A stretch of 64,000 nt of DNA from a virus: IMG/VR virus record IMGVR_UViG_3300027747_001027, positions 3,806 through 67,805 of that record. One strand, given 5' to 3'. Position 1 is the stretch's first letter. Each line of letters starts with the position of its first letter. Positions 55,632-64,000 of the stretch are shown here, piece after piece. The position numbers and the translations under genes are program-made. The notes under the pieces are model-generated. The model searched no databases and had not been told where the DNA came from. It saw only the letters and a program-made list of their open reading frames with translations.

Positions 55632-55997
55632 ATGAAAATCAACGGCATTCAATACGAAACGACACCAAGGGAAACCAAACTTTTGGAAACCGCATTAAAT
55701 GATTGCATCAACATCAAGATAATTCCAAATGAAGGATTCGAGGGATTGATTGCAAGCCATGAATGGCAGGGCTACGATTACATTTTTGCATCAATTTATT
55801 TTAATCCCAAAAATGGAATGTGGGATTTGTATAAAGTCGTAAACAATTTTGATGATGAGAAAAAAATATCTTCATCAATAGATCATTTCCAAGCTATAAA
55901 TAGTTTAAGAAAGCTACAAGATGAAATATGGGCAGATGCTTACAGAAATCCTGTAATTGATTCTTCTGAAGGTGTAATGCTAAGGCAAACAAACTGA
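55632..55997 (+). CDS. hypothetical protein
   Basis: ORF in the early cluster. Confidence 0.55.
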   Translation: MKINGIQYETTPRETKLLETALNDCINIKIIPNEGFEGLIASHEWQGYDYIFASIYFNPKNGMWDLYKVVNNFDDEKKISSSIDHFQAINSLRKLQDEIWADAYRNPVIDSSEGVMLRQTN

Positions 55998-56393
55998 TTT
56001 AGTTCCCCCCAGAACTAAACAACAACCAATAATAAATAAATGAGCATCATACAACAATTAGCTGAAATTGAGTCAAAAGCACTCAAGTATAAACAACAGG
56101 ATACCGTGTATATTTACACTCAGCGTCCACGCGCATGCAAGGCAGCACTTGCGAAGGCCAAGAGGAGCAACGGATCATGGTAATTCTCTCCACCACTCAC
56201 CGAAACATCGCATTCGATAGCCTAAGAATGGCCGAACTACACGGGATTGAACACATTACGGACAACGTGTGTGTTCTTTCTGAATGCGGAAAGGTGCTGT
56301 CATTCAAGCGTAAGGGCCAAGATGACTTCACGCGCATTGCAAAGTCAACAATCTGCGAAACGCCACTAAGCCAACCAACTTGTTAACAATAAT

Positions 56394-56681
56394 ATGACTG
56401 GCGAACAACTAAGAGACTATGGCATCTCAAAAGTGGATTCAAACACTCCAGAAGCCTGGAGGAATGACTGCGACTATATTATTGGCTGGCTCGCTCGAAA
56501 TGGAGCTGAGTTCACCGCTGAAGATGTCCGGCAGTGGATACCAGAGCCACCACATCCCAACGCAATGGGAGGCAGATTCATCGCAGCACTGAAGGCAAAG
56601 AAGATAATCCGGCTGGAATATCGGAAGGCAACTCGCCCATCAGCTCACGCTAGGGTGCTTGCGGTTTACAGGGGAATATAA
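56394..56681 (+). CDS. winged-helix-like phage protein
   Basis: FTAEDVR..PPHPNAMGG.F...RPSAHAR. Confidence 0.7.
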   Translation: MTGEQLRDYGISKVDSNTPEAWRNDCDYIIGWLARNGAEFTAEDVRQWIPEPPHPNAMGGRFIAALKAKKIIRLEYRKATRPSAHARVLAVYRGI

Positions 56682-56693
56682 GAAACACTCAGC

Positions 56694-56730
56694 AAAATAG
56701 GCCGCTCTTTAACCGGAGCGGCTTTTTTGT
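56694..56730. terminator. bidirectional terminator between convergent units
   Basis: AAAATAG-GCCGCTC-N8-GAGCGGC-TTTTTT. Confidence 0.75.
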
Positions 56731-57222
56731 TTACTCTTCTAATTCTTTCGCAGATGGAATCTCCAGGCGATCATTCACCAACTGAATCGCAATTTGCGTT
56801 CTGGAATCATTCTCCTGCGATAGCTCTCCAGATATGCGAGCATCAAGCTCAATGGCCTTGAGCTTATCAGATACCTTCGGACCCTGAATCGATCTATTGC
56901 CGTCACCATCAATGCTAATGGACGCAACGGAGGATTCTTCGTTAATATCCTGCGGCTTGGCCCTAGCGATCTCAGCCATAAGAGAACGCTTCTCAGCGAT
57001 ACTCATTACATTAGACAACCAGTTAGCGTCTCGCAACTCAGCAATATACTTGGCACAATTTGGCCTTGCACTGATCGCTGATCCCTTTTGTGAAGCGTAC
57101 TTGTTATTCGTAGCCTTGTATCCAGCTTGGAAAAACGCCTTGTACACAGGCATCCCTGTTGAAACGAACCTGCAAAACTCACGCTCTTTTGGCGTTAAAT
57201 CTACTCCCTTTGCTCTTGCCAT
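56731..57222 (-). CDS. terS: terminase small subunit
   Basis: LTPKEREFC...AFFQAGY...DKLKAIELDARISG. Confidence 0.8.
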   Translation of the reverse strand: MARAKGVDLTPKEREFCRFVSTGMPVYKAFFQAGYKATNNKYASQKGSAISARPNCAKYIAELRDANWLSNVMSIAEKRSLMAEIARAKPQDINEESSVASISIDGDGNRSIQGPKVSDKLKAIELDARISGELSQENDSRTQIAIQLVNDRLEIPSAKELEE

Positions 57223-57223
57223 A

Positions 57224-57835
57224 TCATTCAGTAAATTCGGTATCGTGCGGATTGTCAAGATGTTGTTGCTCGCAGTGCCAAGTAACATCTGCCATTACCT
57301 TGTATTGCGGGATCTCGCCTTGTACAAAAGATGGATCATGCCATTTGATTCTGTTATTTGGCATTGCTGCAATCTGTCCTGACCCATCATTACATTTCAG
57401 TAAGTGAAAGCATTTGTGCTGTGTTGGAGATAGACTAAACCCATTGTCGGTATGATCAAGCGTAAACCAGTATTGAGCCGGAACATCCTTTCCATCCCTG
57501 TTTCTAAAAACGCAGGACATTTCTCGGAAATAAGTGTATTGTACTACACTAAACTCTAGACCCATACAATCCCACATCTGGAGGTCGTAAACCTCATAGG
57601 GGGGCTCTTGGTTGCAACACGGCAGTTTGTGGAAGAGGCAATGAATCGGAATCCTAGCCCATTGTGCGCCGCTCTCACAGAGAATAGAGAAGTGAATCGC
57701 TCGCCCTGGTATTGATGTGACTCCCGTGATTACACATGGCTCGTATCCTTTAACATCATCAAGGCCGAATAGGATGCGCTTCTCAACGTATCCGTAGATG
57801 TGTTGCGGGACTGGAGCGTTTAGTGCGTAGTGCAT
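57224..57835 (-). CDS. conserved phage protein
   Basis: SIPGRA..F...SGAQWARIPI, LQMWDC, HK, PNNRI. Confidence 0.7.
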   Translation of the reverse strand: MHYALNAPVPQHIYGYVEKRILFGLDDVKGYEPCVITGVTSIPGRAIHFSILCESGAQWARIPIHCLFHKLPCCNQEPPYEVYDLQMWDCMGLEFSVVQYTYFREMSCVFRNRDGKDVPAQYWFTLDHTDNGFSLSPTQHKCFHLLKCNDGSGQIAAMPNNRIKWHDPSFVQGEIPQYKVMADVTWHCEQQHLDNPHDTEFTE

Positions 57836-58074
57836 TAGTCCATCAATAGTTGAGTTCCAGTGAGCTTGCCGGACATCATTCGTTCTAGTACTGCCTCGAC
57901 ATCCCACGGATATGGTCCATCAACATACTGCGTCTGGATTCCATATAGTTCATGGTATTGTTCCAGATCAAGCCCGTCGTTAAGCAAACACTCATGCAAA
58001 TTAGCTCGCTTGATATGCGCTACTGGTTCTTGAATGATAGTCACGCCTATCTGTTCGCATCGTGGATAGTTCAT
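57835..58074 (-). CDS. hypothetical protein
   Basis: In operon. Confidence 0.55.
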   Translation of the reverse strand: MNYPRCEQIGVTIIQEPVAHIKRANLHECLLNDGLDLEQYHELYGIQTQYVDGPYPWDVEAVLERMMSGKLTGTQLLMD

Positions 58075-59141
58075 TCGAATGTATTCATTGAAATCTTTAG
58101 CAAATCTTGAATCGTATCTTCGTCAAACAATCCAGGCTTCCCGCCATCTTCAAGTGATGCGTGTTCTTTAATGCGATCATTTACGATCAAGCGAATTGCT
58201 CCCTGTGCATTTTCAGACAGACGATGGAAAATTTTAGCCAACTTCCCGATAAAATGGAACTGATCAAGTTCTCCAGCGCCGCCACCAATTGACCATCGGC
58301 AAGCTATAACAAGAAGGTCTTCGTTTCCACCAAACTCTTGAACCCACGATAGCTTGACTGGCTTCTCCACTGATCCACCTTTCTCGGCCCTCACATGAGA
58401 TCGAGCTTCTTGGCAAGACCACTTCTCTTTCCTCGCTTGATCAACGAGTTGCAACACTTTACGATTGTTCTCTTGCTCATCGTTGGAGAACTTAGCAGTA
58501 GCAATTTCCACTGCTACGGTTGGACTGATCTCATTCCGAAGGTGTGCCGGAATCCTAGCGGCTGCTCGATGCCAGTTGCTTACATGGCTATACGACATCT
58601 TTAAGCTCGCTGCAATTTGTGTCAGAACATTCTCGTGTCCAGTAGCATAAAGGTAACGGATGCCATCACCTGCAAGCCACATTCCTTTGGATGACATATC
58701 AACACCCATTCCAATGGCAGCAGCGTAATCCTCCGGCGTTGGAATGATACCTTCCTTTGGCTTGAACTGAGTCATAAACTCACCAAAGTCATAGCGTTCC
58801 GATAGCTTGCTGTATCCATTGTCAAGGCGTGTATTCAGTGCTGCCTCAAGGATTGATTCCTCAGTTCCAATTTCGATTTCTTGTTTAACAATAGTCATCT
58901 TAAGTTCTTTTGCGTCAATCTCTCCGCGATCAAACGCAATGATAGCACAGGCTTCTTCAAGCAGTGCAAAGTGGTTATTCGGAGAGTCTTCGTCCAGTTC
59001 ATCCTCTCGTTCACAGATTGAGATCAGCTTTAATGCTGTCTTGATGTCTGTCTTATATTTCCCAGCAAGCATTTCAGCAAGTTGCTGGCGTGTGATTGTT
59101 CCCTTTGGGGTAGAGAACTGACCCTTGAGTTGTGTGTTCAT
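58071..59141 (-). CDS. putative DNA-binding protein (LmbU-like central motif)
   Basis: MWLAGD...SYSHVSNW...IP..LR..IS. Confidence 0.5.
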   Translation of the reverse strand: MNTQLKGQFSTPKGTITRQQLAEMLAGKYKTDIKTALKLISICEREDELDEDSPNNHFALLEEACAIIAFDRGEIDAKELKMTIVKQEIEIGTEESILEAALNTRLDNGYSKLSERYDFGEFMTQFKPKEGIIPTPEDYAAAIGMGVDMSSKGMWLAGDGIRYLYATGHENVLTQIAASLKMSYSHVSNWHRAAARIPAHLRNEISPTVAVEIATAKFSNDEQENNRKVLQLVDQARKEKWSCQEARSHVRAEKGGSVEKPVKLSWVQEFGGNEDLLVIACRWSIGGGAGELDQFHFIGKLAKIFHRLSENAQGAIRLIVNDRIKEHASLEDGGKPGLFDEDTIQDLLKISMNTFE

Positions 59142-59148
59142 GCAACAA

Positions 59149-59295
59149 CTATTCAGCAATTTCTATGCCAAGTTCTTTCGCAATAATACGAGCAGCCTCT
59201 GTGGACATCGAACGTCCATTTTTTGTGGAGCGTTTCTTTAATTCCTTTTTTACTTTGTCAGGAAGGATAACCCCAAGAACTGGATATTTTTTCAT
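59149..59295 (-). CDS. Arc-like ribbon-helix-helix protein
   Basis: Hand-translated LGVILPDKVKKELKKRSTKNGRSMSTEAARII. Confidence 0.7.
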   Translation of the reverse strand: MKKYPVLGVILPDKVKKELKKRSTKNGRSMSTEAARIIAKELGIEIAE

Positions 59296-59343
59296 AAAAG
59301 TTAGAGGCGGCAAGGAACCATAACCTCACCGCCTCAACCCCCA

Positions 59344-59565
59344 TTAGAATTCGTCTTGCTCTGGCTTGAATGTTTCCTTAACGAAAGGAACGGATACCTT
59401 CAGCGAGAGGAACTGCTTGCCCGCCTTGCTAGTGCGGTTCCATGCCGCAATATCCCATTCTTTACCATCGACATTGATTGATCCTTTAAAGTCTGGATGT
59501 TTTTCGCCTTTCTTTACGTTAGTAAATAATGCGCCGGAGTTTGTGTTGTCAAATTGCTGTGACAT
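59344..59565 (-). CDS. small SSB-like protein (DUF736-like)
   Basis: GALF.N.K..KHPDFKG...AAW...GKQFLSL; acidic tail. Confidence 0.75.
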   Translation of the reverse strand: MSQQFDNTNSGALFTNVKKGEKHPDFKGSINVDGKEWDIAAWNRTSKAGKQFLSLKVSVPFVKETFKPEQDEF

Positions 59566-59574
59566 ATTGTTTTA

Positions 59575-60297
59575 TTAGGGTTTGTAGAGTGCGATCCATT
59601 CACGAACCACACCGATTGTTGTTGTTAGTTCGCCCAAGAATTTTTGGGCAGTTGCTTCCTTCATTAAGAAGAAATCTGTTGCTTGTGCAGGGATTGTTCC
59701 AGCATGACGAAGTGCCGCCATGAAGTCATCTTGCGTGACACCAGCTTCCATTAGCTTCTGGAAGAGTTGTTGGTGTCCCTCGCCATTGAACTTGGACTTC
59801 TCCTCGGTTTCCTTGGATGGCTCTGTAGCCTTCACTGCCTTTGCTTTGGGTGTCTCTGCCTTTGCTACCAGCTTCGACGCTTCTACTGGCTTCTGCGGCG
59901 CAGTACGACCCATTGCAGCTTCTCCGTCATCGTCGTCTGGACAGGCCATTACCATTGCCTGCAAAGCATATCGACGAGCGTATGAAATTAAACTGCCAAT
60001 TCCCTGCGGGTCTTCCTTGGCAGGTTTCATGTAAGTTGTGCTGCGAATCCATTGTCCGCTGCTGTGTAGCAACTGGGTTTGGACGAAGTATCCACGCTCG
60101 TCAGAACCTGGCATCTGCACGACGCTAAGTCCGTTCTTTGTGAGAGCTGGCTTTACCGCTTCCCATACTGTTGAGAGTCCAGCGAATTTTGAGCGGAAGT
60201 AAGGATTGTCTTGATCCTTGTGAACCGCTCCCATTTCCGACTGCGCTTTGGCAAGCGAAGCCGCGAGGTCTGCAATGTTATCTGATTGTGTGTTCAT
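59575..60297 (-). CDS. erf: ERF ssDNA-annealing protein
   Basis: NPYFRSKFA, HSSGQW, QGIGSLISYARRYAL, DDDG. Confidence 0.92.
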   Translation of the reverse strand: MNTQSDNIADLAASLAKAQSEMGAVHKDQDNPYFRSKFAGLSTVWEAVKPALTKNGLSVVQMPGSDERGYFVQTQLLHSSGQWIRSTTYMKPAKEDPQGIGSLISYARRYALQAMVMACPDDDDGEAAMGRTAPQKPVEASKLVAKAETPKAKAVKATEPSKETEEKSKFNGEGHQQLFQKLMEAGVTQDDFMAALRHAGTIPAQATDFFLMKEATAQKFLGELTTTIGVVREWIALYKP

Positions 60298-60306
60298 GCG
60301 GTCTTT

Positions 60307-60334
60307 ATTCTACTTGGTTTTTACCTATGGTCAA
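60307..60334 (-). promoter_or_regulatory. promoter TTGACC-N16-TAGAAT
   Basis: 9 nt upstream of the erf ATG. Confidence 0.65.
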
Positions 60335-60354
60335 TAAAAAGTTTTTTATTTTTT

Positions 60355-61119
60355 TCAGAATGATCCGCTCGGAGGAACGTAATTGTTAGCAAACTGCCAG
60401 TACTTACAAACATAAGTAAACGCATTGTAATTTTCCGTCAGCGTTTTCTCGTCGTACCATGCTTCACCGATACGGCCAGGCTCTGTTGTGCTGATGTAGA
60501 GGTTAACTCCACGGGTTGCTTTAGCAACATGGGCATAAGCTGCGATCTGCATTGGCTCCTTGCTCCAGGGCTTGACTTCGTATTCCGGCTTGGTTTTCCG
60601 CGATTTATAATCAAGCACATACAACACACCATCCTTCTCGATAAGCGCATCAGTAGTTCCGGCGTATCCAACCTCTTGGTTGACCAAACGTAGTTCGTGT
60701 TGAAGGAACTTAACTCGATTGTGATCAACCCACTTCTTTACCGGAGCGACATAATCCTCCATGATTGGATCATACGGCATTCCCTGGAAGTGATTCTCAA
60801 GCGCCTTGTGGATGCTTGTTCCGAGGTCAGCAGCGTCTGACACCTGCTTGAATGCGTCTTCCATAATGCGCGAGCAGTAGTCCTCGTCACTCTCTTTTGG
60901 GTTTCGAGGAAGGGTTAGGCTCGCCATGAGAACCTGCTGTTGTTTCCAGCGATCAAGCTCTGGTGCAGCTAGAACCTTGAAGATTGTAGTTACACTTGGA
61001 TATAGCTGTAAATTCTTACAGTCTTTTAGTGTTGTTGGGCGCATACCGCCCTTTGATTTGTTTGGAACTTCAAAGACTGCTTTTCCATTCCTATCGTAGT
61101 AGTGTCCTGATTCTTTCAT
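60355..61119 (-). CDS. PD-(D/E)XK exonuclease
   Basis: PSVTTI, GTSIH, YAGTTD, LDYKS, QIAAY. Confidence 0.85.
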   Translation of the reverse strand: MKESGHYYDRNGKAVFEVPNKSKGGMRPTTLKDCKNLQLYPSVTTIFKVLAAPELDRWKQQQVLMASLTLPRNPKESDEDYCSRIMEDAFKQVSDAADLGTSIHKALENHFQGMPYDPIMEDYVAPVKKWVDHNRVKFLQHELRLVNQEVGYAGTTDALIEKDGVLYVLDYKSRKTKPEYEVKPWSKEPMQIAAYAHVAKATRGVNLYISTTEPGRIGEAWYDEKTLTENYNAFTYVCKYWQFANNYVPPSGSF

Positions 61120-61376
61120 TGTGTGTGTTTATTGTGTGTGTTGGTTGCAGAGTGGGCAGATTGTGTAGTCCAGTTGGCTTGCCCGTTTCCAAACGGAAAT
61201 TGTGAAGATGAATAGCAATGCGATTGCTGTCATTAGAAGGAACTCTTTCATTTGTAAAGTAAGCTAAGAACTAAAATCTTGAATTCATTCCAGACTAGCT
61301 GGCAGATGTAGTATTCGCGCTTTATGTAAAGCCATGCAAGTTTTAGGTGTCTCATGTGTTGGGTTTGATTGTATCA

Positions 61377-62447
61377 CTAAAATTCTATTGGACTATTATT
61401 ATTTGATTCGCATGGAGTGTTGTTATTAGATTCGCGCATATTGTTGTATTCCACCCACCATCTGACATCCATTGAGGGTAGGTATTCACACCATTCATCC
61501 GGTCTATTCTCTGTAACCCAAGTTTTGAATGATTGTTTGTCTCCACGTTCTTCACAGACATCGTACCATTGCCTCTTTCTTTGCGCGAGGTTGGCGTTAA
61601 ACTGCGTTTTATAGGCGGTCTGCTGTGATGGTATTGATTTAGTAGTTAGATCATCCTCCCAGCGTCTTCCGTTGATCCATGTGGCGGGATGTGGAATAAA
61701 CTGAGGATCTGTCCAGAGCTTCATTTGTTTCTGAAGTGATGGCATGACTTCTGAGAGAACACACTTTTGTTTCTTCCATGCTTTCTCTGAGTTTGCTTTA
61801 GAAACCTTGCGAGGGTAGGTGGAGTAGAAAGTTTCAAAGTCTGAATCTGAATTTCCACTATACGACTTTTCCGTGGGGTGGACTTGTTCGCTGCTGTTGC
61901 CTGCATCTTCAGAATTGTTTTTAGAACATTCACTACTCTCTGCATGAGTCTCTGTATGATTCTTTGTTATATTAGAAACAATAGACACGCGTGCGGATCG
62001 TCCATTTTTTGCCACATGGTCTGGCAAATCTTGGAGCATGGCATCTGGCAAATCTTGGAGCATGCCCCCCCATGTGGAAGAATCTTCCAGATGGGTAAAT
62101 TTGTCACTTGAGAGAACACTTTGAGCTATCTGACTAACAGTATAATACTTCATAGCCTTGCCTTCCTTGATGTCCAATTGCGATGATTTTACAAGCCCCA
62201 TTGATTCCAGCGCACGTAATACATCAGCTATAGTTCTTTCGCTCCAGAATGGAAAAAACTCTTCACGCCACCCCTTGTAGCTATTGTATATCCACCTTTC
62301 ATCATCCAATAATCTTCCGCATCTTTTGTTTCCGCAAAGGTAATGTAACGTCTGGAGCGCGATAGCTTCGTTCAGTCCAATTATTTTGGCTAGGCTTGGC
62401 TGAAACACCATTGGCGTTTCATCAATTAATAAATTTGATTTACTCAT
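61377..62447 (-). CDS. replication initiator protein
   Basis: LAKIIGLNEAI.LQ wHTH; FETFYSTYPRK...FIPHPATWINGRRWED. Confidence 0.85.
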   Translation of the reverse strand: MSKSNLLIDETPMVFQPSLAKIIGLNEAIALQTLHYLCGNKRCGRLLDDERWIYNSYKGWREEFFPFWSERTIADVLRALESMGLVKSSQLDIKEGKAMKYYTVSQIAQSVLSSDKFTHLEDSSTWGGMLQDLPDAMLQDLPDHVAKNGRSARVSIVSNITKNHTETHAESSECSKNNSEDAGNSSEQVHPTEKSYSGNSDSDFETFYSTYPRKVSKANSEKAWKKQKCVLSEVMPSLQKQMKLWTDPQFIPHPATWINGRRWEDDLTTKSIPSQQTAYKTQFNANLAQRKRQWYDVCEERGDKQSFKTWVTENRPDEWCEYLPSMDVRWWVEYNNMRESNNNTPCESNNNSPIEF

Positions 62448-62463
62448 AATATGAGGGGCCGCC

Positions 62464-62635
62464 GCCTCTCCCCGCAGAAAGACCGATAGAATGTCGGGTG
62501 AAGAATTACGGAGAGAGGCAAGCGATATGTTTATGTTTTAGTTCTGATTTAATCTTTCTTACACGTCTGTTCTTCACGCAGACGGCTGTATCTCTACAGC
62601 GGATTGAACACTACACTGCCTGAGTGCAGAGTCAA
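62464..62635 (-). promoter_or_regulatory. promoter plus two hairpins with complementary loops upstream of the initiator
   Basis: TTGACT-N16-TAGTGT; loops GTGAAGAA and TTCTTCAC. Confidence 0.65.
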
Positions 62636-63143
62636 CTATTGTTTAACAATATTTCAATCTTTGGAACAATCTTCCCGCACTTCTTGCACACGGCATTGTT
62701 AGTTCCGAATAGAAACTGGCACTTGTGCGTTCCCCCAATCTTAGCGGTAAAGCCAACCCTTCCTACGCCCCTAAGACTGCCAAGTGATCTGGCTCCTATT
62801 GCTCCTGATCCAATGTTAAAGGATCGATGTGTATTGCTTGTACTCATAGTGTGTATTTGAGAGTTCCCGATTTTATGTGATTACGGGAATGGATATCTGT
62901 TGACCAGAGATTGCTTGCCAAGGCAACACCCCCCGCCACAATACCACGTTATTGCTCTCAAAATTAGTTAAAGCTCGTATCCTCCGTCCTCACGCAGCAG
63001 TGCGTAGGCTTCCATTAACTTCTTAGTAGCTTGATCTACCCAGTCCATGCAAGCCGTGCGATCCGGCTTCTTGTAGTCGGTGATTGCTAAAATAATGTCG
63101 GTCTTGGCTGACTGAAGTGCAAGCCATACTTTTTGTTCGTTGT

Positions 63144-64000
63144 TCATTTTAGTTTCTCCAATAGGGTTAGAAAAGCTCTGGTTGCTGTTGCGGGGACGAC
63201 TCCATTGCCGAGCAGTCGGAGTTCATCTGTTCTGTTTCCAATTGAGGTAGCTTCCATATAGCACCCCCTCTCCCATACCGCTTGGTCAAGAGAGGATCGC
63301 CATACTTTTTCCATCTCTGGTAATGCTTCAGACAAAGCCCATGACCTTTCGCTGGCTTCTCGCACACCTTGCACGATGCTCTTTTTTTCCACGGCATCTT
63401 GCCCTCTTTCCAATGCAATTTCGTATGACAACTGGCACATAGCGTAACCAAGTTCTCTTTGGAATTGTTCAGTGGGTTTCTGTCCTTGTGATGAATCCCC
63501 AAAAGTTTCGTAGACCCACATTCCGCGCAATCCCCAGCCTTTAACTTCGTGGCTCGTTTGTATGCACCAGACAAAGTAACAGATTCTTTGAGTAAATGAG
63601 TCCAACTGCATTCCCGACTGCAATATTTTCTCCGCAAGAAAACATTGTAATCCTCTATTCGTCCATTGAATCTCTTGCGCGATAGCTTCTTTCCACACGC
63701 TAAACAGAACTTCTCTGGCTCTAATTTTCTTGGATATATTCTCATGGGCATACACATTATGCCCATAGGGATTCAATGTCAAGGTTTGACCCAAAAAACT
63801 GGAATATTCATTAGAGTGCAAACCCACCTGGCATTCAATTTCGCCGAACTCGGAGGCATTGAACCTTTCACTTTCTCGTTTTCGTGTAGCACTTGGCTCT
63901 GAATCGGCTTGTGTAGGTTCACTCCCTTCTCCGTCTGTTGGTATTCTGCTCTTTTCGTCCATTGCTCCGTGTTCTCCGGTGGCTGGAAACAAAAGCTGTT
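63144..64000 (-). CDS. C5 cytosine DNA methyltransferase alpha chain, C-terminal part (begins outside window)
   Basis: Motif X: RTDELRLLGNGVVP. Confidence 0.75.
   Translation of the reverse strand, partial: QLLFPATGEHGAMDEKSRIPTDGEGSEPTQADSEPSATRKRESERFNASEFGEIECQVGLHSNEYSSFLGQTLTLNPYGHNVYAHENISKKIRAREVLFSVWKEAIAQEIQWTNRGLQCFLAEKILQSGMQLDSFTQRICYFVWCIQTSHEVKGWGLRGMWVYETFGDSSQGQKPTEQFQRELGYAMCQLSYEIALERGQDAVEKKSIVQGVREASERSWALSEALPEMEKVWRSSLDQAVWERGCYMEATSIGNRTDELRLLGNGVVPATATRAFLTLLEKLK
63167..63751 (-). CDS. HNH endonuclease nested in an alternative frame
   Basis: CLACGK...KYCSREC; CAECG...IHHKDRNPLNNSKENLVTLCASCHTKLH; GLCLKHYQRW. Confidence 0.85.
   Translation of the reverse strand: MPMRIYPRKLEPEKFCLACGKKLSRKRFNGRIEDYNVFLRRKYCSRECSWTHLLKESVTLSGAYKRATKLKAGDCAECGSTKLLGIHHKDRNPLNNSKENLVTLCASCHTKLHWKEGKMPWKKRASCKVCEKPAKGHGLCLKHYQRWKKYGDPLLTKRYGRGGAIWKLPQLETEQMNSDCSAMESSPQQQPELF
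63779..63991 (-). CDS. methyltransferase beta chain (motif IX) in an alternative frame, partial
   Basis: Hand-translated ...GVNLHKPIQSQV...KLNARWVCTLMNIPVFWVKP*. Confidence 0.65.
   Translation of the reverse strand, partial: CFQPPENTEQWTKRAEYQQTEKGVNLHKPIQSQVLHENEKVKGSMPPSSAKLNARWVCTLMNIPVFWVKP

Noticed and set aside
63167-63790. Group I intron or intein around the HNH
   Set aside because: No room for an intron core, no intein termini, and the HNH is in a different frame from alpha

Overview
The whole window is part of a tailed dsDNA phage genome with a podovirus-like layout: no tape measure protein, a 2810-aa putative ejected protein, and collagen/LamG fibres. The minus strand from 0.5 to 43.3 kb carries lysis, fibre, capsid, scaffold, portal, internal-virion and tail genes mixed with glycosyltransferase and methyltransferase genes, while terL sits alone on the plus strand. 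The plus strand from 44 to 56.7 kb carries GT4, MazG, dCMP deaminase, DnaB, tRNA-Ala, a 1.3-kb non-coding gap (possible genome end) and a cluster of small early genes. The minus strand from 56.7 to 64 kb carries terS, an Arc-like protein, SSB, ERF, an exonuclease, a replication initiator and a C5 methyltransferase. Most notable: (1) a TGT/DpdA-like domain inside the giant virion protein; (2) a small basic phage gene overprinted inside that same gene; (3) an M.EcoHK31I-like two-frame methyltransferase invaded by an HNH gene that keeps the alpha frame open; (4) two unrelated leaders with the same promoter plus kissing-loop hairpin architecture, one followed by a candidate structured ncRNA; (5) a type II hammerhead ribozyme and three sigma54-type sites in the early region; (6) a probable virion glycosylation set. 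All product calls come from motif recognition by eye; no database search was run.
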